A stretch of 64,000 nt of DNA from positions 1,169,186 through 1,233,185 of the forward strand of contig OZ243931.1 of assembly GCA_965214055.1 (NCBI GenBank), in the 5' to 3' direction. Shown piece by piece: positions 37,105-47,789 of the stretch; the first letter of the stretch is position 1; each line of letters starts with the position of its first letter. The DNA is from Candidatus Poriferihabitaceae bacterium (GTDB lineage: Bacteria > Pseudomonadota > Gammaproteobacteria > Arenicellales > Poriferihabitantaceae). The translations under genes were made by a program, and so were the position numbers. The notes beneath the pieces were generated by a model. It worked only from the letters and a program-made list of their open reading frames with translations. It had not been told where the DNA came from and made no database searches.

Positions 37105-38835
37105 ATGCGCACCTCACAATTGCTGCTGGCCACCCTGAAAGAGAACCCCGCCGATGCCGAAGTCATTTCCCATCGGCTCATGCTGCGGGCGGGACTGATC
37201 CGCCAGGTGGCCGCCGGAATCTATAACTGGCTGCCCATGGGCATGCGCGTCCTGAACAAGGTAAAGAATATCGTGCGGGAGGAAATGGACCGTTCCGGGG
37301 CCCAGGAAGTGCTGTTGCCGGGTGTCCAGCCAGCGGAGCTGTGGCAGGAATCGGGTCGGTGGGAAGCGTACGGCCTGGAACTTTTACGGCTGAAGGACCG
37401 GCACAAGCGGGATTTCTGCCTCGGCCCGACCCACGAAGAAGTCATTACCCAGGTCGTGAACAATGAAATACGCAGCTATCGGCAACTGCCACAAAACTTC
37501 TACCAGATACAAACGAAATTCCGGGATGAAATACGACCACGTTTCGGGGTGATGCGTGGCCGTGAATTTATTATGAAGGACGCGTATTCCTTTCATGTGG
37601 ACCGGGCATCTTTGCAGGAAACCTACGATGTGATGTATCAGACTTATTGCACCATCTTTGACCGACTGGGCCTGAAATATCGCGCCGTGGCGGCAGACTC
37701 CGGCAGCATCGGTGGGGATACTTCCCACGAATTTCATGTGCTTGCGGATTCAGGGGAAGATGCGATTGCGTTTTCCAGTGGCAGCGACTACGCCGCCAAC
37801 ATTGACCTTGCTGAAGCGGTTTCCCCGGCCCGCAAGCGCACGGCCCCCAACCAGAAAATGGAACTGGTCGACACCCCCAACACCAAGACCATTGCCGCGC
37901 TGACGGAAAAATTCGGTTTGTCCATCGAAAAAACCATCAAGACACTGGTGGTAAAAGCCTCTGAGCCCTGTGAACAACCCGTCATCGCCCTGCTGGTCCG
38001 GGGGGACCACCAACTCAATCCGCTTAAAGCAGGAAGACTGCCAATGGTCGCTTCACCGCTTCGCATGGCAGAAGAAAAGGAGATTCGGGCCGCCATTGGT
38101 GCGGGACCCGGCTCACTCGGACCGGTCAATCTGCCGATTCCGTTTATTGTGGACAGAGCAGTGGCGGAAATGTCGGATTTCAGTGCCGGGGCCAACATTG
38201 AGGACAAACACTACTTCGGCATTAACTGGGACCGGGATGTCCCGTTGGAAAACATCGCGGACCTGCGAAACATCACGCAAGGCGACCCCAGCCCGGACGG
38301 TGCAGGCACAATCCGCATTGCCCGGGGGGTGGAAGTGGGCCACATCTTCCAACTTGGCAAAAAGTACAGCGAAGCCATGCATGCCACGGTGCTGGACGAA
38401 GGCGGCCGGGCCGTCCACATGGAAATGGGATGCTATGGCATTGGGGTGACCCGTGTGGTGGCGGCGGCCATCGAACAAAACCATGATGACCGGGGCATTC
38501 TCTGGCCCGCCTCCATATCACCGTTTGACATCGCCCTGGTCCCCATTGGCCTGGGCAAATCCGCGGCGGTGAAGGAAAAAACCATGGAAGTCTATGACCA
38601 GCTGCAACGATGTGGATATGAAGTGCTGCTGGATGACCGCAACGAACGTCCAGGCGTGATGTTTGCCGACATGGAGCTCATCGGCATTCCCCACCGCCTG
38701 GCCATCGGGGACCGTGGCCTTGGGAAGGGCCTGGTCGAATACCATCACCGCCCCACCGGCAAAAACGAAGAAATCCCGCTCCATTCCCTCATTGATACGC
38801 TCTGTCAGCGTTTAGGCAGCACCAGATCCGGATAG
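37105..38835 (+). CDS. proS: proline--tRNA ligase (bacterial type with INS editing domain)
   Basis: [51 protein letters not shown], the class II motifs and GCYGIGVTR are present. Confidence 0.96.
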   Translation: MRTSQLLLATLKENPADAEVISHRLMLRAGLIRQVAAGIYNWLPMGMRVLNKVKNIVREEMDRSGAQEVLLPGVQPAELWQESGRWEAYGLELLRLKDRHKRDFCLGPTHEEVITQVVNNEIRSYRQLPQNFYQIQTKFRDEIRPRFGVMRGREFIMKDAYSFHVDRASLQETYDVMYQTYCTIFDRLGLKYRAVAADSGSIGGDTSHEFHVLADSGEDAIAFSSGSDYAANIDLAEAVSPARKRTAPNQKMELVDTPNTKTIAALTEKFGLSIEKTIKTLVVKASEPCEQPVIALLVRGDHQLNPLKAGRLPMVASPLRMAEEKEIRAAIGAGPGSLGPVNLPIPFIVDRAVAEMSDFSAGANIEDKHYFGINWDRDVPLENIADLRNITQGDPSPDGAGTIRIARGVEVGHIFQLGKKYSEAMHATVLDEGGRAVHMEMGCYGIGVTRVVAAAIEQNHDDRGILWPASISPFDIALVPIGLGKSAAVKEKTMEVYDQLQRCGYEVLLDDRNERPGVMFADMELIGIPHRLAIGDRGLGKGLVEYHHRPTGKNEEIPLHSLIDTLCQRLGSTRSG

Positions 38836-38914
38836 CCCCCGCAGGGTTGCTTTGGGTGCACGGGGCAGGTGGACGATGGATTGTCACCGCCATGCCGTGC
38901 CGGATGTCAGGGCA

Positions 38915-39259
38915 TTACGTCACCCTGGATCCATTGGACACTTTTTGGTCGGGTGCGAGCAGGACCACACCTTCAGGGGTTGCGACACCCAGCACCAGAA
39001 CTTCCGATTTAACCCCTGCGACCCGCAACGGCGGCAAACTGGTGACGGCCAGGACCTGCCTGCCAACCAGGGTATCCGTGTCATAAAAGTCCGTGACCTG
39101 GGCCGAGGTCATCCGCGTTCCCAGACTTTCACCAAAATCAATTTCCATCACATACGCCGGCTTTCGTGCCTTGTCATGCTCCCGGACGGACAATACGGTC
39201 CCTGCGTGAATTTCCACTTTCAGGAAATCGTTGAATTCTTTACTATTGCGCACGGCCAT
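38915..39259 (-). CDS. csaA: CsaA-type tRNA-binding domain protein
   Basis: FLKVEIHAGTV...KARKPAYVMEIDFG...VVLLAPD has the pattern of the CsaA/YgjH OB-fold. The protein is 114 aa. Confidence 0.83.
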   Translation of the reverse strand: MAVRNSKEFNDFLKVEIHAGTVLSVREHDKARKPAYVMEIDFGESLGTRMTSAQVTDFYDTDTLVGRQVLAVTSLPPLRVAGVKSEVLVLGVATPEGVVLLAPDQKVSNGSRVT

Positions 39260-39342
39260 TGCTCACGACAAAATACCCACAGCTCCTGGCTGTTTCAGAA
39301 ATCCCGGATTCTTGCAATTGTACCATTCCTACAGGACCTCCC

Positions 39343-39957
39343 ATGATTATCAATCTTGAAGAGCTTTCCACCCCCCAGGTGTACTTCACCATGACCCAGA
39401 CCATATTGCCGCGCCCCATCGCCTGGATATTGAGTGAAAACAGGGCCGGGGATTATAACCTGGCCCCTTTTTCATATTTCAACGCCGTTTCCAGCGACCC
39501 GCCGCTGGTGATGATCTCCATTGGCCTGCAGGACGATGGCACGAAAAAGGACACGCTGGCCAATGTGATGGATCGTCCGGAGTTCGTCGTGCACATCGCC
39601 AGCTGCGAGCATTTGCCTGACCTGAATCTTTCGTCGGCTACCCTGCCCCCCGGCGAATCGGAAGTCACCCGGGGCAACCTGAAGACCGAAGCTTTCCCGG
39701 GCTGTCGCCTGCCAAGACTCAAGGCGGCAAAGATTGCATTGATGTGTACGGTACACACTGTCCAGAAAATCGGCAACAATCATCAAACCCTGTTATTTGG
39801 CAAAATCCGGAATATATATGTCCAGGACGGGTGCGCGGAGGTGAATGCAAAAGGACGCCTCGAAATACTGCCCGATAAAGTCCGGCCGCTGTCACGGCTG
39901 GGAGCAAACCAGTACTCCACATTCGGTGAAGTGCTGTTTGCCAAACGGCCGGCGTGA
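39343..39957 (+). CDS. flavin reductase family protein (FMN-binding split barrel)
   Basis: LPRPIAWILSENRAGDYNLAPFSYFNAVSSDPPLVMISIG is the typical flavin_reduct N-terminal block. The start was trimmed to MIINLEEL. Confidence 0.8.
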   Translation: MIINLEELSTPQVYFTMTQTILPRPIAWILSENRAGDYNLAPFSYFNAVSSDPPLVMISIGLQDDGTKKDTLANVMDRPEFVVHIASCEHLPDLNLSSATLPPGESEVTRGNLKTEAFPGCRLPRLKAAKIALMCTVHTVQKIGNNHQTLLFGKIRNIYVQDGCAEVNAKGRLEILPDKVRPLSRLGANQYSTFGEVLFAKRPA

Positions 39958-39984
39958 CCACCGGTTGCGGCATCAGGCAGACCG

Positions 39985-41136
39985 GTGACCCTCTCCATGA
40001 CCAACCGGTGGGAAACCGTGACCATCCCTGAAATCATGCAGGCCGTTCTTCTCACCGGGCATGGCGGTCTTGAGAAACTGGTTGTCGTCGACGACCACCC
40101 GGTACCGGTTCCAGCTTCCACAGAAGTACTCATCGAGGTCGCGGCCTGCGGCATGAACAATACGGATGTCTGGGTGCGTCAGGGGGCATACGGCACCGAC
40201 ACCGACCCCGGTGCAACGGCCAGCTGGCGTCGGGGTCATGCGTCCACGCTGGAGTTTCCCCGGGTCCAGGGCACCGATACCGTCGGACGCATTGCCGCGG
40301 TGGGAACCGGGGTGGACCCCCGGCGCATCGGGGAGCGGGTTCTCGTCGATTTCTCGATCTACAATACGGAAACAGACAGCCTGACGGACATTGATTACTT
40401 CGGACACGGACGGGATGGCGGATATGCCGAATATGTCACCGTCCCCGCTGAGAATGCCTGTCCCATTCAATCAAGGATGACGGACGCGGAACTGGCAACC
40501 TTCTGCTGCGCCTACATGACCGCTGAACAGATGCTCGTCCGTGCCCGGGTTGCCGAGGGTGAACGGGTTCTCGTAACCGGCGCATCAGGGGGAGTGGGGT
40601 CTGCCCTGGTGCAGCTTTCCAGGGCCCGGGGCGCCCGCCCCATTGCGGTGACATCGCAACCGAAGGTGGACGCGGTCTCAACACTCGACCCGGAAGCGAT
40701 CGTCGTCCGGGACGGTGGGAACCTGTTTGATGCCGTCCGGTCCGCGGTTGGCAACCGGCCCATTGATGTCGTGCTGGACGTCGTCGCAGGCCCCCTGTTC
40801 CGGGACATCATCAATCTCCTCAGGGCCGGGGGGCGCTATGCCACCAGCGGCGCCATGGCGGGACCCAATGTCCGGCTGGATTTGAGGACGGTATATCTGA
40901 AGCACCTCGAGATGCATGGTTCATCGCAGGGTACGCGGGCCGACTTCCGGAAACTCGTCGACTTGATCGAGACCGGCAGACTGCGGCCCTTGCTCGCGGA
41001 TACCTACCCGCTCTCGCGGTTCCACGAAGCCCAGGAAATCTTCATGCGAAAGGCACACTTCGGCAACCTCGTCATGCAGCCGGATGCGAAATGGCCGGCC
41101 ACGGCACACCCGGAAGGCCGAAAGACCGGTGATTGA
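39985..41136 (+). CDS. medium-chain (zinc-type/quinone oxidoreductase-like) alcohol dehydrogenase family protein
   Basis: MQAVLLTGHGG..., CGMNNTDVW, GRDGGYAEYV and VTGASGGVGSALVQL (Rossmann) are present. The start is either 39985 or 40036. Confidence 0.8.
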   Translation: MTLSMTNRWETVTIPEIMQAVLLTGHGGLEKLVVVDDHPVPVPASTEVLIEVAACGMNNTDVWVRQGAYGTDTDPGATASWRRGHASTLEFPRVQGTDTVGRIAAVGTGVDPRRIGERVLVDFSIYNTETDSLTDIDYFGHGRDGGYAEYVTVPAENACPIQSRMTDAELATFCCAYMTAEQMLVRARVAEGERVLVTGASGGVGSALVQLSRARGARPIAVTSQPKVDAVSTLDPEAIVVRDGGNLFDAVRSAVGNRPIDVVLDVVAGPLFRDIINLLRAGGRYATSGAMAGPNVRLDLRTVYLKHLEMHGSSQGTRADFRKLVDLIETGRLRPLLADTYPLSRFHEAQEIFMRKAHFGNLVMQPDAKWPATAHPEGRKTGD

Positions 41137-41210
41137 TGTCTCCCCGGTGCGGACGCCCGGTCAAAATTGGCATTTGGGAGACAACCGCATAAAACCCGGC
41201 GCCTGCTCCC

Positions 41211-41861
41211 TCATTTTCGGGTTTTCAGATGGGACCGAATCTCCTGTAACATGTTTTCGGGATGATAGTAGTCAATGCGTACCGGCGTAATCCGGTTGTT
41301 TGCCGCGAACACCATGCCGGGGAACCCCTGGATTCCGATTTTTCGGGACAGGCTGATCTCCCCAAGGAGGATATCCCTGGTTTTTTCCGAAACCAGTGCT
41401 GCCAGAAACCGGTCGACGTCCAGACCAAGGGAGTCGGCCAGTTTCGCCAGGGTGGCCTGGTCTGACGGGTTTTTCGCCTGCAGGTAGTACGCCTGCTGGA
41501 TCGCGTAGGTCATCCCTTCATCATGCCCGGCACCCTGTTCCCTGGCGGCAATGACGCCCCGGCATGCGGGATAGGTGGACCGCCTTGGAATGCATCGGGT
41601 CCAGAAATCATAATTGAATTCCGTTCCGGGAATATGCTCCTCGATTTTCTCCCAGGTGCTTTTCAGGTATCCGCACATTTCCCCGGACATGGGCACCTCC
41701 GAGTCCGGAGCCAGCCCCCCCAATAGCCGGACCATCGTTACCGTATCCGGCAAACCGGTCATCAGCACCTGCAATGCAGGCCGGAACCCCCAGCACCAGC
41801 TGCACATGGGGTCATGTACATAGATCAGGGTCGGGGGGTTGTTAAACAAGTCGTTTTTCAT
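41211..41861 (-). CDS. DsbA-family thioredoxin-fold protein (COG3531-like)
   Basis: YVHDPMCSWCWGFRP (CxxC in a thioredoxin fold) is present, together with LGLDVDRF. The start was trimmed to MKNDLF. Confidence 0.78.
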   Translation of the reverse strand: MKNDLFNNPPTLIYVHDPMCSWCWGFRPALQVLMTGLPDTVTMVRLLGGLAPDSEVPMSGEMCGYLKSTWEKIEEHIPGTEFNYDFWTRCIPRRSTYPACRGVIAAREQGAGHDEGMTYAIQQAYYLQAKNPSDQATLAKLADSLGLDVDRFLAALVSEKTRDILLGEISLSRKIGIQGFPGMVFAANNRITPVRIDYYHPENMLQEIRSHLKTRK

Positions 41862-41890
41862 GGCCAGTCTGTGGCCGATGCCCTGCCGCC

Positions 41891-42652
41891 TCATCGCCCG
41901 CCCGCACACTCCAGGAACGCCCCCGTACAGTAAGAAGCCTCCTCCGACAGCAGCCACACGATGGCCTCGGCCACCTCTTCCGCCCTGCCCGGCCGTTTCA
42001 ACGGAACATGCTGTTGAAGACGTTCAGCGCGTCCCGGTTCTCCACCCCGGGAATGTATTTCGGTTTCAATCAGACCGGGGCGAACCGCATTGACCCGAAT
42101 ACCTTCCGCGGCCACTTCCCGGGCCAGGCCAATGGTCATGGTATCAATGGCGCCCTTTGAAGCCGCATAATCAATATACTCATGCGCCGACCCCAGCCTG
42201 GAAGCCGCTGAAGACACATTGACAATGACCCCTCCATGGCCACCGTGTTGACTGGACATTCTCTTCACCGCTTCCCGGGCACACAGGAAACTGCCCCGCA
42301 CATTGGTGGCAAAAACCCGGTCCAGCCGGCCCCCATCCATGGACTCCAGTTTCATTTGGGCCTCCAGTATCCCTGCATTGTTGACCAGACCATCCAATCG
42401 ACCAAATTCCGAATCCACGATATTGAAAAGATTGATCACGGAATCCTCATCGGAAATGTCGGCCTGGGCGCAAAAGGCAACTCCGCCATGTTGCCGGATC
42501 GTTTCGGTTACCCGGGTTGCGGAGAACTCATCTTTGAGGTAATTGACGACCACTCGCCATCCCTGGCTTCCGGCCAAAACCGCCGTAGCGGCGCCAATCC
42601 CCCTTCCCGCCCCGGTAATCAGCAAAACCCTGTCCGACTCAGATGAATTCAT
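41891..42652 (-). CDS. SDR-family oxidoreductase
   Basis: LITGAGRGIGAATA, NNAG and YAASKGAIDT are present, with a C-terminal sequence TGAFLECAGG. The start was trimmed to MNSSESD. Confidence 0.85.
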   Translation of the reverse strand: MNSSESDRVLLITGAGRGIGAATAVLAGSQGWRVVVNYLKDEFSATRVTETIRQHGGVAFCAQADISDEDSVINLFNIVDSEFGRLDGLVNNAGILEAQMKLESMDGGRLDRVFATNVRGSFLCAREAVKRMSSQHGGHGGVIVNVSSAASRLGSAHEYIDYAASKGAIDTMTIGLAREVAAEGIRVNAVRPGLIETEIHSRGGEPGRAERLQQHVPLKRPGRAEEVAEAIVWLLSEEASYCTGAFLECAGGR

Positions 42653-42892
42653 GCCCGGCTGTCCTGGTCCGCGCTTGTCCGTGGTCCGGCAAAACAATGC
42701 ATGGGGGCTTGTGGTGTTTCGATGGTTTTCGTTCTCAAAGGCGTCCCGCGGGTTTCCCCGCCGTACGATCTCCTCCAATGTACCATAACCGGTTCAGGAC
42801 TGGGGGAAGACGAACCCTTCCCGGGTCCCCCGGGCCGGTGGTCGGTCACCATGCCTCCCGGAAAGACCCTGGAGGAGGCTGGGCCGCTATCT

Positions 42893-43495
42893 TCAATCCG
42901 GTTTTTTTCCAAGAAAAAAACTGATGCCTGGTTTGGTATTGCAAAAGGACTCTGGCCGGTCCCAGTCCGAAGCAATCATTTCGAAGTCCGAAAATCGCTC
43001 ATTGAGTTCCCCGGGTTCCACCACATACGCAGGATTAAATCCTGGATTGATGGACAGGAATTGCCGGTTGAATGTCTTATAAAAGAGTATCCCACCGGGT
43101 TTTAACCAGGTCCTTATCGGATCAAACAAGGCCCGTTCCAGGTAACGCACTACGCAGACCAGGTCAAAGGTGTTTGGAGGAAAGGGGGACCGGGTAAGGT
43201 CACATAACAGCGGGTACACCGGCAATCCCCGTTCCCGGGCCACCGGGAGACATTGAACCAGGCCTGACAGGGCAAAGTCACAGGCCACGACATCATATCC
43301 CATGGCCGCCAGGTGCAGGGCATTTTCCCCTTTCCCACAGGCAAGGTCCACCGCCAGCCCGCGTTTTGGCAACAGGGGTTCATGGGCCACCAGTTCGGGT
43401 TCACCCTGAACCCGGACGCCCCGGTTTTGGCGGGCAGTGTTTTGGTATTTGTGATTCCAGCGCTCAACGTCCGGATTGGGCTGGAGGAACCGCAT
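42893..43495 (-). CDS. class I SAM-dependent methyltransferase
   Basis: AVDLACGKGENALHLAAMGYDVVACD (motif I / post-I) and LKPGGILF are present. The start was trimmed to MRFLQPN, 5 nt downstream of the moeA stop. Confidence 0.75.
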   Translation of the reverse strand: MRFLQPNPDVERWNHKYQNTARQNRGVRVQGEPELVAHEPLLPKRGLAVDLACGKGENALHLAAMGYDVVACDFALSGLVQCLPVARERGLPVYPLLCDLTRSPFPPNTFDLVCVVRYLERALFDPIRTWLKPGGILFYKTFNRQFLSINPGFNPAYVVEPGELNERFSDFEMIASDWDRPESFCNTKPGISFFLGKKPD

Positions 43496-43500
43496 CCCGG

Positions 43501-44751
43501 TCACGATATAAATGGCTGCACCTCGACCCACTCCCCGGCGCTGACACCTGCCGAGTCGTCCGGCAGGACAATGAAACAGTTTGCCCGGCTCATGGAACTC
43601 AGGATCCCCGACCCCTGCTCCCCGGAAGAACGCACCACGGTTTCGCCCTTTTCATTCAGGAACATGACTCCCCGCTGGTACTCCATTCTCCCCGGCCGTT
43701 TTTTCAGGGCGGTCAGGGTGCGCATTTTCAGCACCGTTGGCACGTCAAATCTTTCTCCTGACAACTGCTTGATCGCTGGTTTCAGAAAAACCTGGAAGGT
43801 CACCATTACCGAAACCGGATTGCCGGGCAACCCAAAAAACAGGCTTTTTTCAAGCCTGCCGAACGACAGCGGCCGACCCGGCTTGACCGCTACTTTCCAG
43901 AAGCTCACCGTGCCGAGCCGGGTCAGAATTTCCTTGATGTAGTCCGCATCCCCCACCGAGGCCCCCGCGGTGGTAATCACGAGGTCTGCCTGACCCGCAG
44001 CCGACTGAATGGCCGCGGCAATGGCCGCCCGGTCGTCCCGGACAATCCCCAGGTCCGCTTGTTCCACACCCAGGCTACGCAGCATTGCGTACAGGGTATA
44101 GCGATTTGAATCATACACTTCACCCAGGGCCAGCGGCGTACCCACCGAGCGCAGTTCATCGCCGTTTGAAAAAAAGGCAATACGCGGCTTTCTGTAAACC
44201 TCGATTTCCGGACGCCCCATGGACGCCAGTAGCCCAAGATGGGAGGCTCCAAGACGGGTGCCGACTGGAATCACCACATCCCCCGCCTTGATATCTTCCC
44301 CCGCGTACCGCACGTTCGAGGCCTTTTGCTCTCCAGCTCGAATCGTAATCGTGTTCCCCGCCCGGTCCACTCGTTCCTGCATCACGACACTATCGGTCCC
44401 CGGGGGCATCACCGCACCGGTCATGATGCGAACGCACTGGCCGCTTTTTACCCTGCCGTGGAATGCGGACCCGGCGAACGATTCCCCGATCACCCTGAAC
44501 ACCGCGGTGCCATGGTCCGGAAGCTCCTCACCCCATACCGCGTACCCGTCCATCGCCGAGTTCGTATGATTCGGCACATCCGAGGGGCTCACCACCTCCT
44601 GTGCGGTAACCCGCCCCAGCGCGGAATGCAATCCCAGGGTTTCGGTATCCGCCACCGAGACCACGGTCTCCCTGATATGAGCCATGGCCTGACTTACCGT
44701 GATGGATGCGGGGTCGAAATCGCAGGATATCTGTTCAGGCTCTGGTTTCAT
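43501..44751 (-). CDS. moeA: molybdopterin molybdenumtransferase
   Basis: NSAMDGYAV, RIMTGAVMP, DSNRY, ITTAGASVGDADY, GLPGNPVS and LPDDS...GEWVEV are present. Confidence 0.93.
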   Translation of the reverse strand: MKPEPEQISCDFDPASITVSQAMAHIRETVVSVADTETLGLHSALGRVTAQEVVSPSDVPNHTNSAMDGYAVWGEELPDHGTAVFRVIGESFAGSAFHGRVKSGQCVRIMTGAVMPPGTDSVVMQERVDRAGNTITIRAGEQKASNVRYAGEDIKAGDVVIPVGTRLGASHLGLLASMGRPEIEVYRKPRIAFFSNGDELRSVGTPLALGEVYDSNRYTLYAMLRSLGVEQADLGIVRDDRAAIAAAIQSAAGQADLVITTAGASVGDADYIKEILTRLGTVSFWKVAVKPGRPLSFGRLEKSLFFGLPGNPVSVMVTFQVFLKPAIKQLSGERFDVPTVLKMRTLTALKKRPGRMEYQRGVMFLNEKGETVVRSSGEQGSGILSSMSRANCFIVLPDDSAGVSAGEWVEVQPFIS

Positions 44752-44769
44752 GCTGGACCCCGCACCCTT

Positions 44770-45264
44770 TCAGTTCGCTGATTCACGGTTCCAGGTTCCG
44801 GAACGGCCACCGGACTTGTGAACCAGTCGAATCCCTTCCATTTGCATGCTGCGGTCCACCGCTTTACACATATCATAGATGGTCAGCAACGTCACCAGCA
44901 CCGCGGTTAATGCCTCCATTTCCACCCCGGTGCGCTCGGTGGTCTGGGTCGCCGCGATACACACCACGCTGGAATGCTCCGGGTCCAGTTCGAGGTCAAT
45001 ATGGATCTTTGTCAGCATCAACGAATGACAAAGAGGAATCAGTTCAGAGGTTTTCTTTGCAGCCATGATCCCTGCCGTCCTGGCAATTCCCAGCACATCC
45101 CCCTTTTTATGTCCCCCGCTGCTGAGCATTGCCAGCGTTTCAGCAGCCATTTCAATCCGGCCTTCGGCAACGGCCTTGCGGCCCGTGACTTCTTTGTTTC
45201 CGACATCGACCATGCGGACTTCTCCCCGGTCGTTAAAATGTGTTAAACCTCGCTTGCTAGACAT
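44770..45264 (-). CDS. moaC: cyclic pyranopterin monophosphate synthase
   Basis: [54 protein letters not shown] and IYDMCKA are present. The start was trimmed to MSSKRGL. Confidence 0.93.
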   Translation of the reverse strand: MSSKRGLTHFNDRGEVRMVDVGNKEVTGRKAVAEGRIEMAAETLAMLSSGGHKKGDVLGIARTAGIMAAKKTSELIPLCHSLMLTKIHIDLELDPEHSSVVCIAATQTTERTGVEMEALTAVLVTLLTIYDMCKAVDRSMQMEGIRLVHKSGGRSGTWNRESAN

Positions 45265-45500
45265 ACCGTCGCTTCCACTGTGCTGGACCATACGTGATAT
45301 TGTAGTGTGGGCGGCGGGGCATTGAAACCACATTGATTCATCCTGTCGGTGAATAGGGCCGCCATTTCGGGCCCACAGCCCGGCGGGTGCGCAATCCGGG
45401 CATTTTCCGATCTGGCAGGATCTTTCTTCACTTTTTCCCCGGACCCATTTGCCAGCACCCGGGGGTTCCTGCAAATATATTCCCGTAGGCGTACAATTCC

Positions 45501-46808
45501 TTGCAAATGAACCATCCATACCAACCCCTCGCCGAGCGACTCCGGCCCACCACCCTGGACGAGGTGGCCGGCCAGCGACATATCCTCGGAAAACAGAAGC
45601 CGCTTTATACCGCCATTGACTGCGGGCAGATTCATTCCATGGTTTTCTGGGGCCCCCCCGGCACGGGAAAAACCACCCTGGCCAAGCTTCTTGCGGAGTA
45701 TTGCGATGCGGCCTTTATTGCACTGTCCGCCGTACTGTCCGGGGTGAAGGATATTCGCCAGGCCGTGGAAACAGCAAAGATTCGACAGGCTGCCAATCAG
45801 GGCAAAACCGTTTTATTCGTGGACGAAGTTCATCGTTTTAACAAAGCGCAACAAGACGCTTTTCTCCCCCATATCGAAGATGGCACGGTCATTTTTGTGG
45901 GGGCAACCACGGAGAACCCTTCCTTTGAATTGAACAATGCACTGTTATCGCGCCTGAGGGTGTATGTATTGCAACCCCTGTCCAGTAACGACATTGCAGG
46001 CCTGATTCACCGGGCCTTGAAGGATGCCACCAACGGGCTGGGAAAATTGAACCTTGAAATGCCGGCGGATGGGGTTGAACTGCTTGCCCGGGTAGCAGAT
46101 GGCGATGCAAGGCGGGCGCTCACTTTTCTGGAAATCGCGGCAGACCTTGCCCAGGAGGGTCGAATCACCCGGGAACTGATCAGTGAGGTGGTTGCCGGTG
46201 GCCTGGGACGGAGATTTGACAAAGGCGGCGATACTTTCTACGATCAGATTTCCGCATTGCACAAATCGGTTCGCGGCTCGGACCCGGATGCCGCTTTATA
46301 CTGGTTTTGCCGGATGGTGGATGGGGGTTGTGACCCGATTTACATCGCTCGACGTGTGGTGCGGATGGCTTCCGAGGATATTGGCAATGCCGACCCCCGT
46401 GCCCTGCGGATCTCCCTGGATGCCTGGGAGGTACAACAGCGTCTCGGCAGCCCTGAAGGTGAACTGGCGATCGCCCAGGCCATTGTATATCTGAGCATTG
46501 CAGCAAAAAGCAATGCGATTTATACGGCATTTAACCAGGCCATGACCACGGCTAGGCAATCCGGCTCCCTGGATGTCCCGTTGCACCTGAAAAATGCCCC
46601 CACCCGGTTGATGAAAGAACTCAACCATGGAAAGGAATATCGTTATGCACACGATGAAGCCGGGGCCTACGCAGCCGGAGAGAATTATTTTCCTGGCGAA
46701 CTCGGCAACCCGTCATTTTATCATCCCGCAGACCGGGGCCTGGAAATAAAAATCCGGGAAAAACTGGCGAAACTGCGGCGATTGGACGAGCAGAAAAACA
46801 ACCGCTGA
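45501..46808 (+). CDS. rarA: replication-associated recombination protein A (AAA+ MgsA/RarA)
   Basis: [44 protein letters not shown] and [22 protein letters not shown] are present. Confidence 0.93.
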   Translation: MQMNHPYQPLAERLRPTTLDEVAGQRHILGKQKPLYTAIDCGQIHSMVFWGPPGTGKTTLAKLLAEYCDAAFIALSAVLSGVKDIRQAVETAKIRQAANQGKTVLFVDEVHRFNKAQQDAFLPHIEDGTVIFVGATTENPSFELNNALLSRLRVYVLQPLSSNDIAGLIHRALKDATNGLGKLNLEMPADGVELLARVADGDARRALTFLEIAADLAQEGRITRELISEVVAGGLGRRFDKGGDTFYDQISALHKSVRGSDPDAALYWFCRMVDGGCDPIYIARRVVRMASEDIGNADPRALRISLDAWEVQQRLGSPEGELAIAQAIVYLSIAAKSNAIYTAFNQAMTTARQSGSLDVPLHLKNAPTRLMKELNHGKEYRYAHDEAGAYAAGENYFPGELGNPSFYHPADRGLEIKIREKLAKLRRLDEQKNNR

Positions 46809-46971
46809 AGTGAAAAATAATCGATGTATTTCAATCATTTAAAACTCTTCCGAAAACCGACGTGCCCCCCCGGGGCCTTCAGGAGAAATGCCGGACCCCA
46901 TGGTGATGACAATCCACGAGGGAAATTCTATTGTCCACTGCCCCCCCTATCCCCGATTTCAGGAAAGCCCT

Positions 46972-47754
46972 ATGGCCATTGAACAGCACATCGCTCCCCT
47001 GTTCCGACTGAACGGAAAAGTTGCCCTGGTTACCGGTGCCAGCAAGGGTATCGGTGAAGCCATGGCCCGGGGACTTGCGGAGTTTGGCGCCAAGGTCGTC
47101 CTGAGCAGCCGTAAACAGCATGCGGTGGATGAAGTCGCTGGTCGATTCAATGCCGAAGGACTGGAATCCATCGGCATTGCCGCGAACATGGGCAATCCGG
47201 ATGAAATATCGGCGCTGCTGGACCAGACTGTCGACGCCTATGGCGGCGTGGACATTCTGGTTAACAATGCGGCGGCCAACCCGGTCTTTGGGCCGATACA
47301 GGATACTGACGAAGGGGCCTACAACAAAATCATGGACGTCAATCTCAAGGGACCCTTTGAATTGTCCAAAAAAACGTATCCGATCCTTAAACAGCGCGGT
47401 GGGGGCTCCATCATCAATATCGGTTCCATCGGGGGACTGACACCGGAACCGGGCATCGGCGTCTACAGCATGAGCAAGGCGGCCATAATCAGCATGACCA
47501 GGGCCATGGCCCAGGACTGGGGTCCGGACAATATCCGCGTAAATGTGATTTGTCCCGGCCTGATAAAGACGAAATTCAGCGAGGCCCTGTGGAACGATGA
47601 CAGGATACTCAACCGATTTATGGAGAAAATCCCCCTCAAGACCATCGGGGACCCGAAAGACATTGCGGGATTGGCCGTTTATCTGGCTTCGGATGCCTCT
47701 TCGTACTGCACCGGGGGCGTTTACCTGGCCGATGGAGGATACACGTCGGTATAA
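46972..47754 (+). CDS. SDR-family oxidoreductase
   Basis: ALVTGASKGIGEAMA, NNAA, YSMSKAAI and TGGVYLADGG are present. The start was trimmed to MAIEQHI. Confidence 0.85.
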   Translation: MAIEQHIAPLFRLNGKVALVTGASKGIGEAMARGLAEFGAKVVLSSRKQHAVDEVAGRFNAEGLESIGIAANMGNPDEISALLDQTVDAYGGVDILVNNAAANPVFGPIQDTDEGAYNKIMDVNLKGPFELSKKTYPILKQRGGGSIINIGSIGGLTPEPGIGVYSMSKAAIISMTRAMAQDWGPDNIRVNVICPGLIKTKFSEALWNDDRILNRFMEKIPLKTIGDPKDIAGLAVYLASDASSYCTGGVYLADGGYTSV

Positions 47755-47789
47755 TTGAACCACCGATACCTGTACTGGCGACCAAACCA

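Noticed and set aside
35835-37181. The ORF track gives a 448-aa form of the asparaginase-II-like gene, and other ORFs carry similar long N-terminal extensions (1101, 23651, 28366-30057, 44770-45519, 41211-41957).
   Set aside because: The extensions lack family similarity and overlap neighbouring genes or promoters. Conserved N-termini begin at internal Met codons, often giving ATGA/TGATG operon junctions, so the starts were trimmed.
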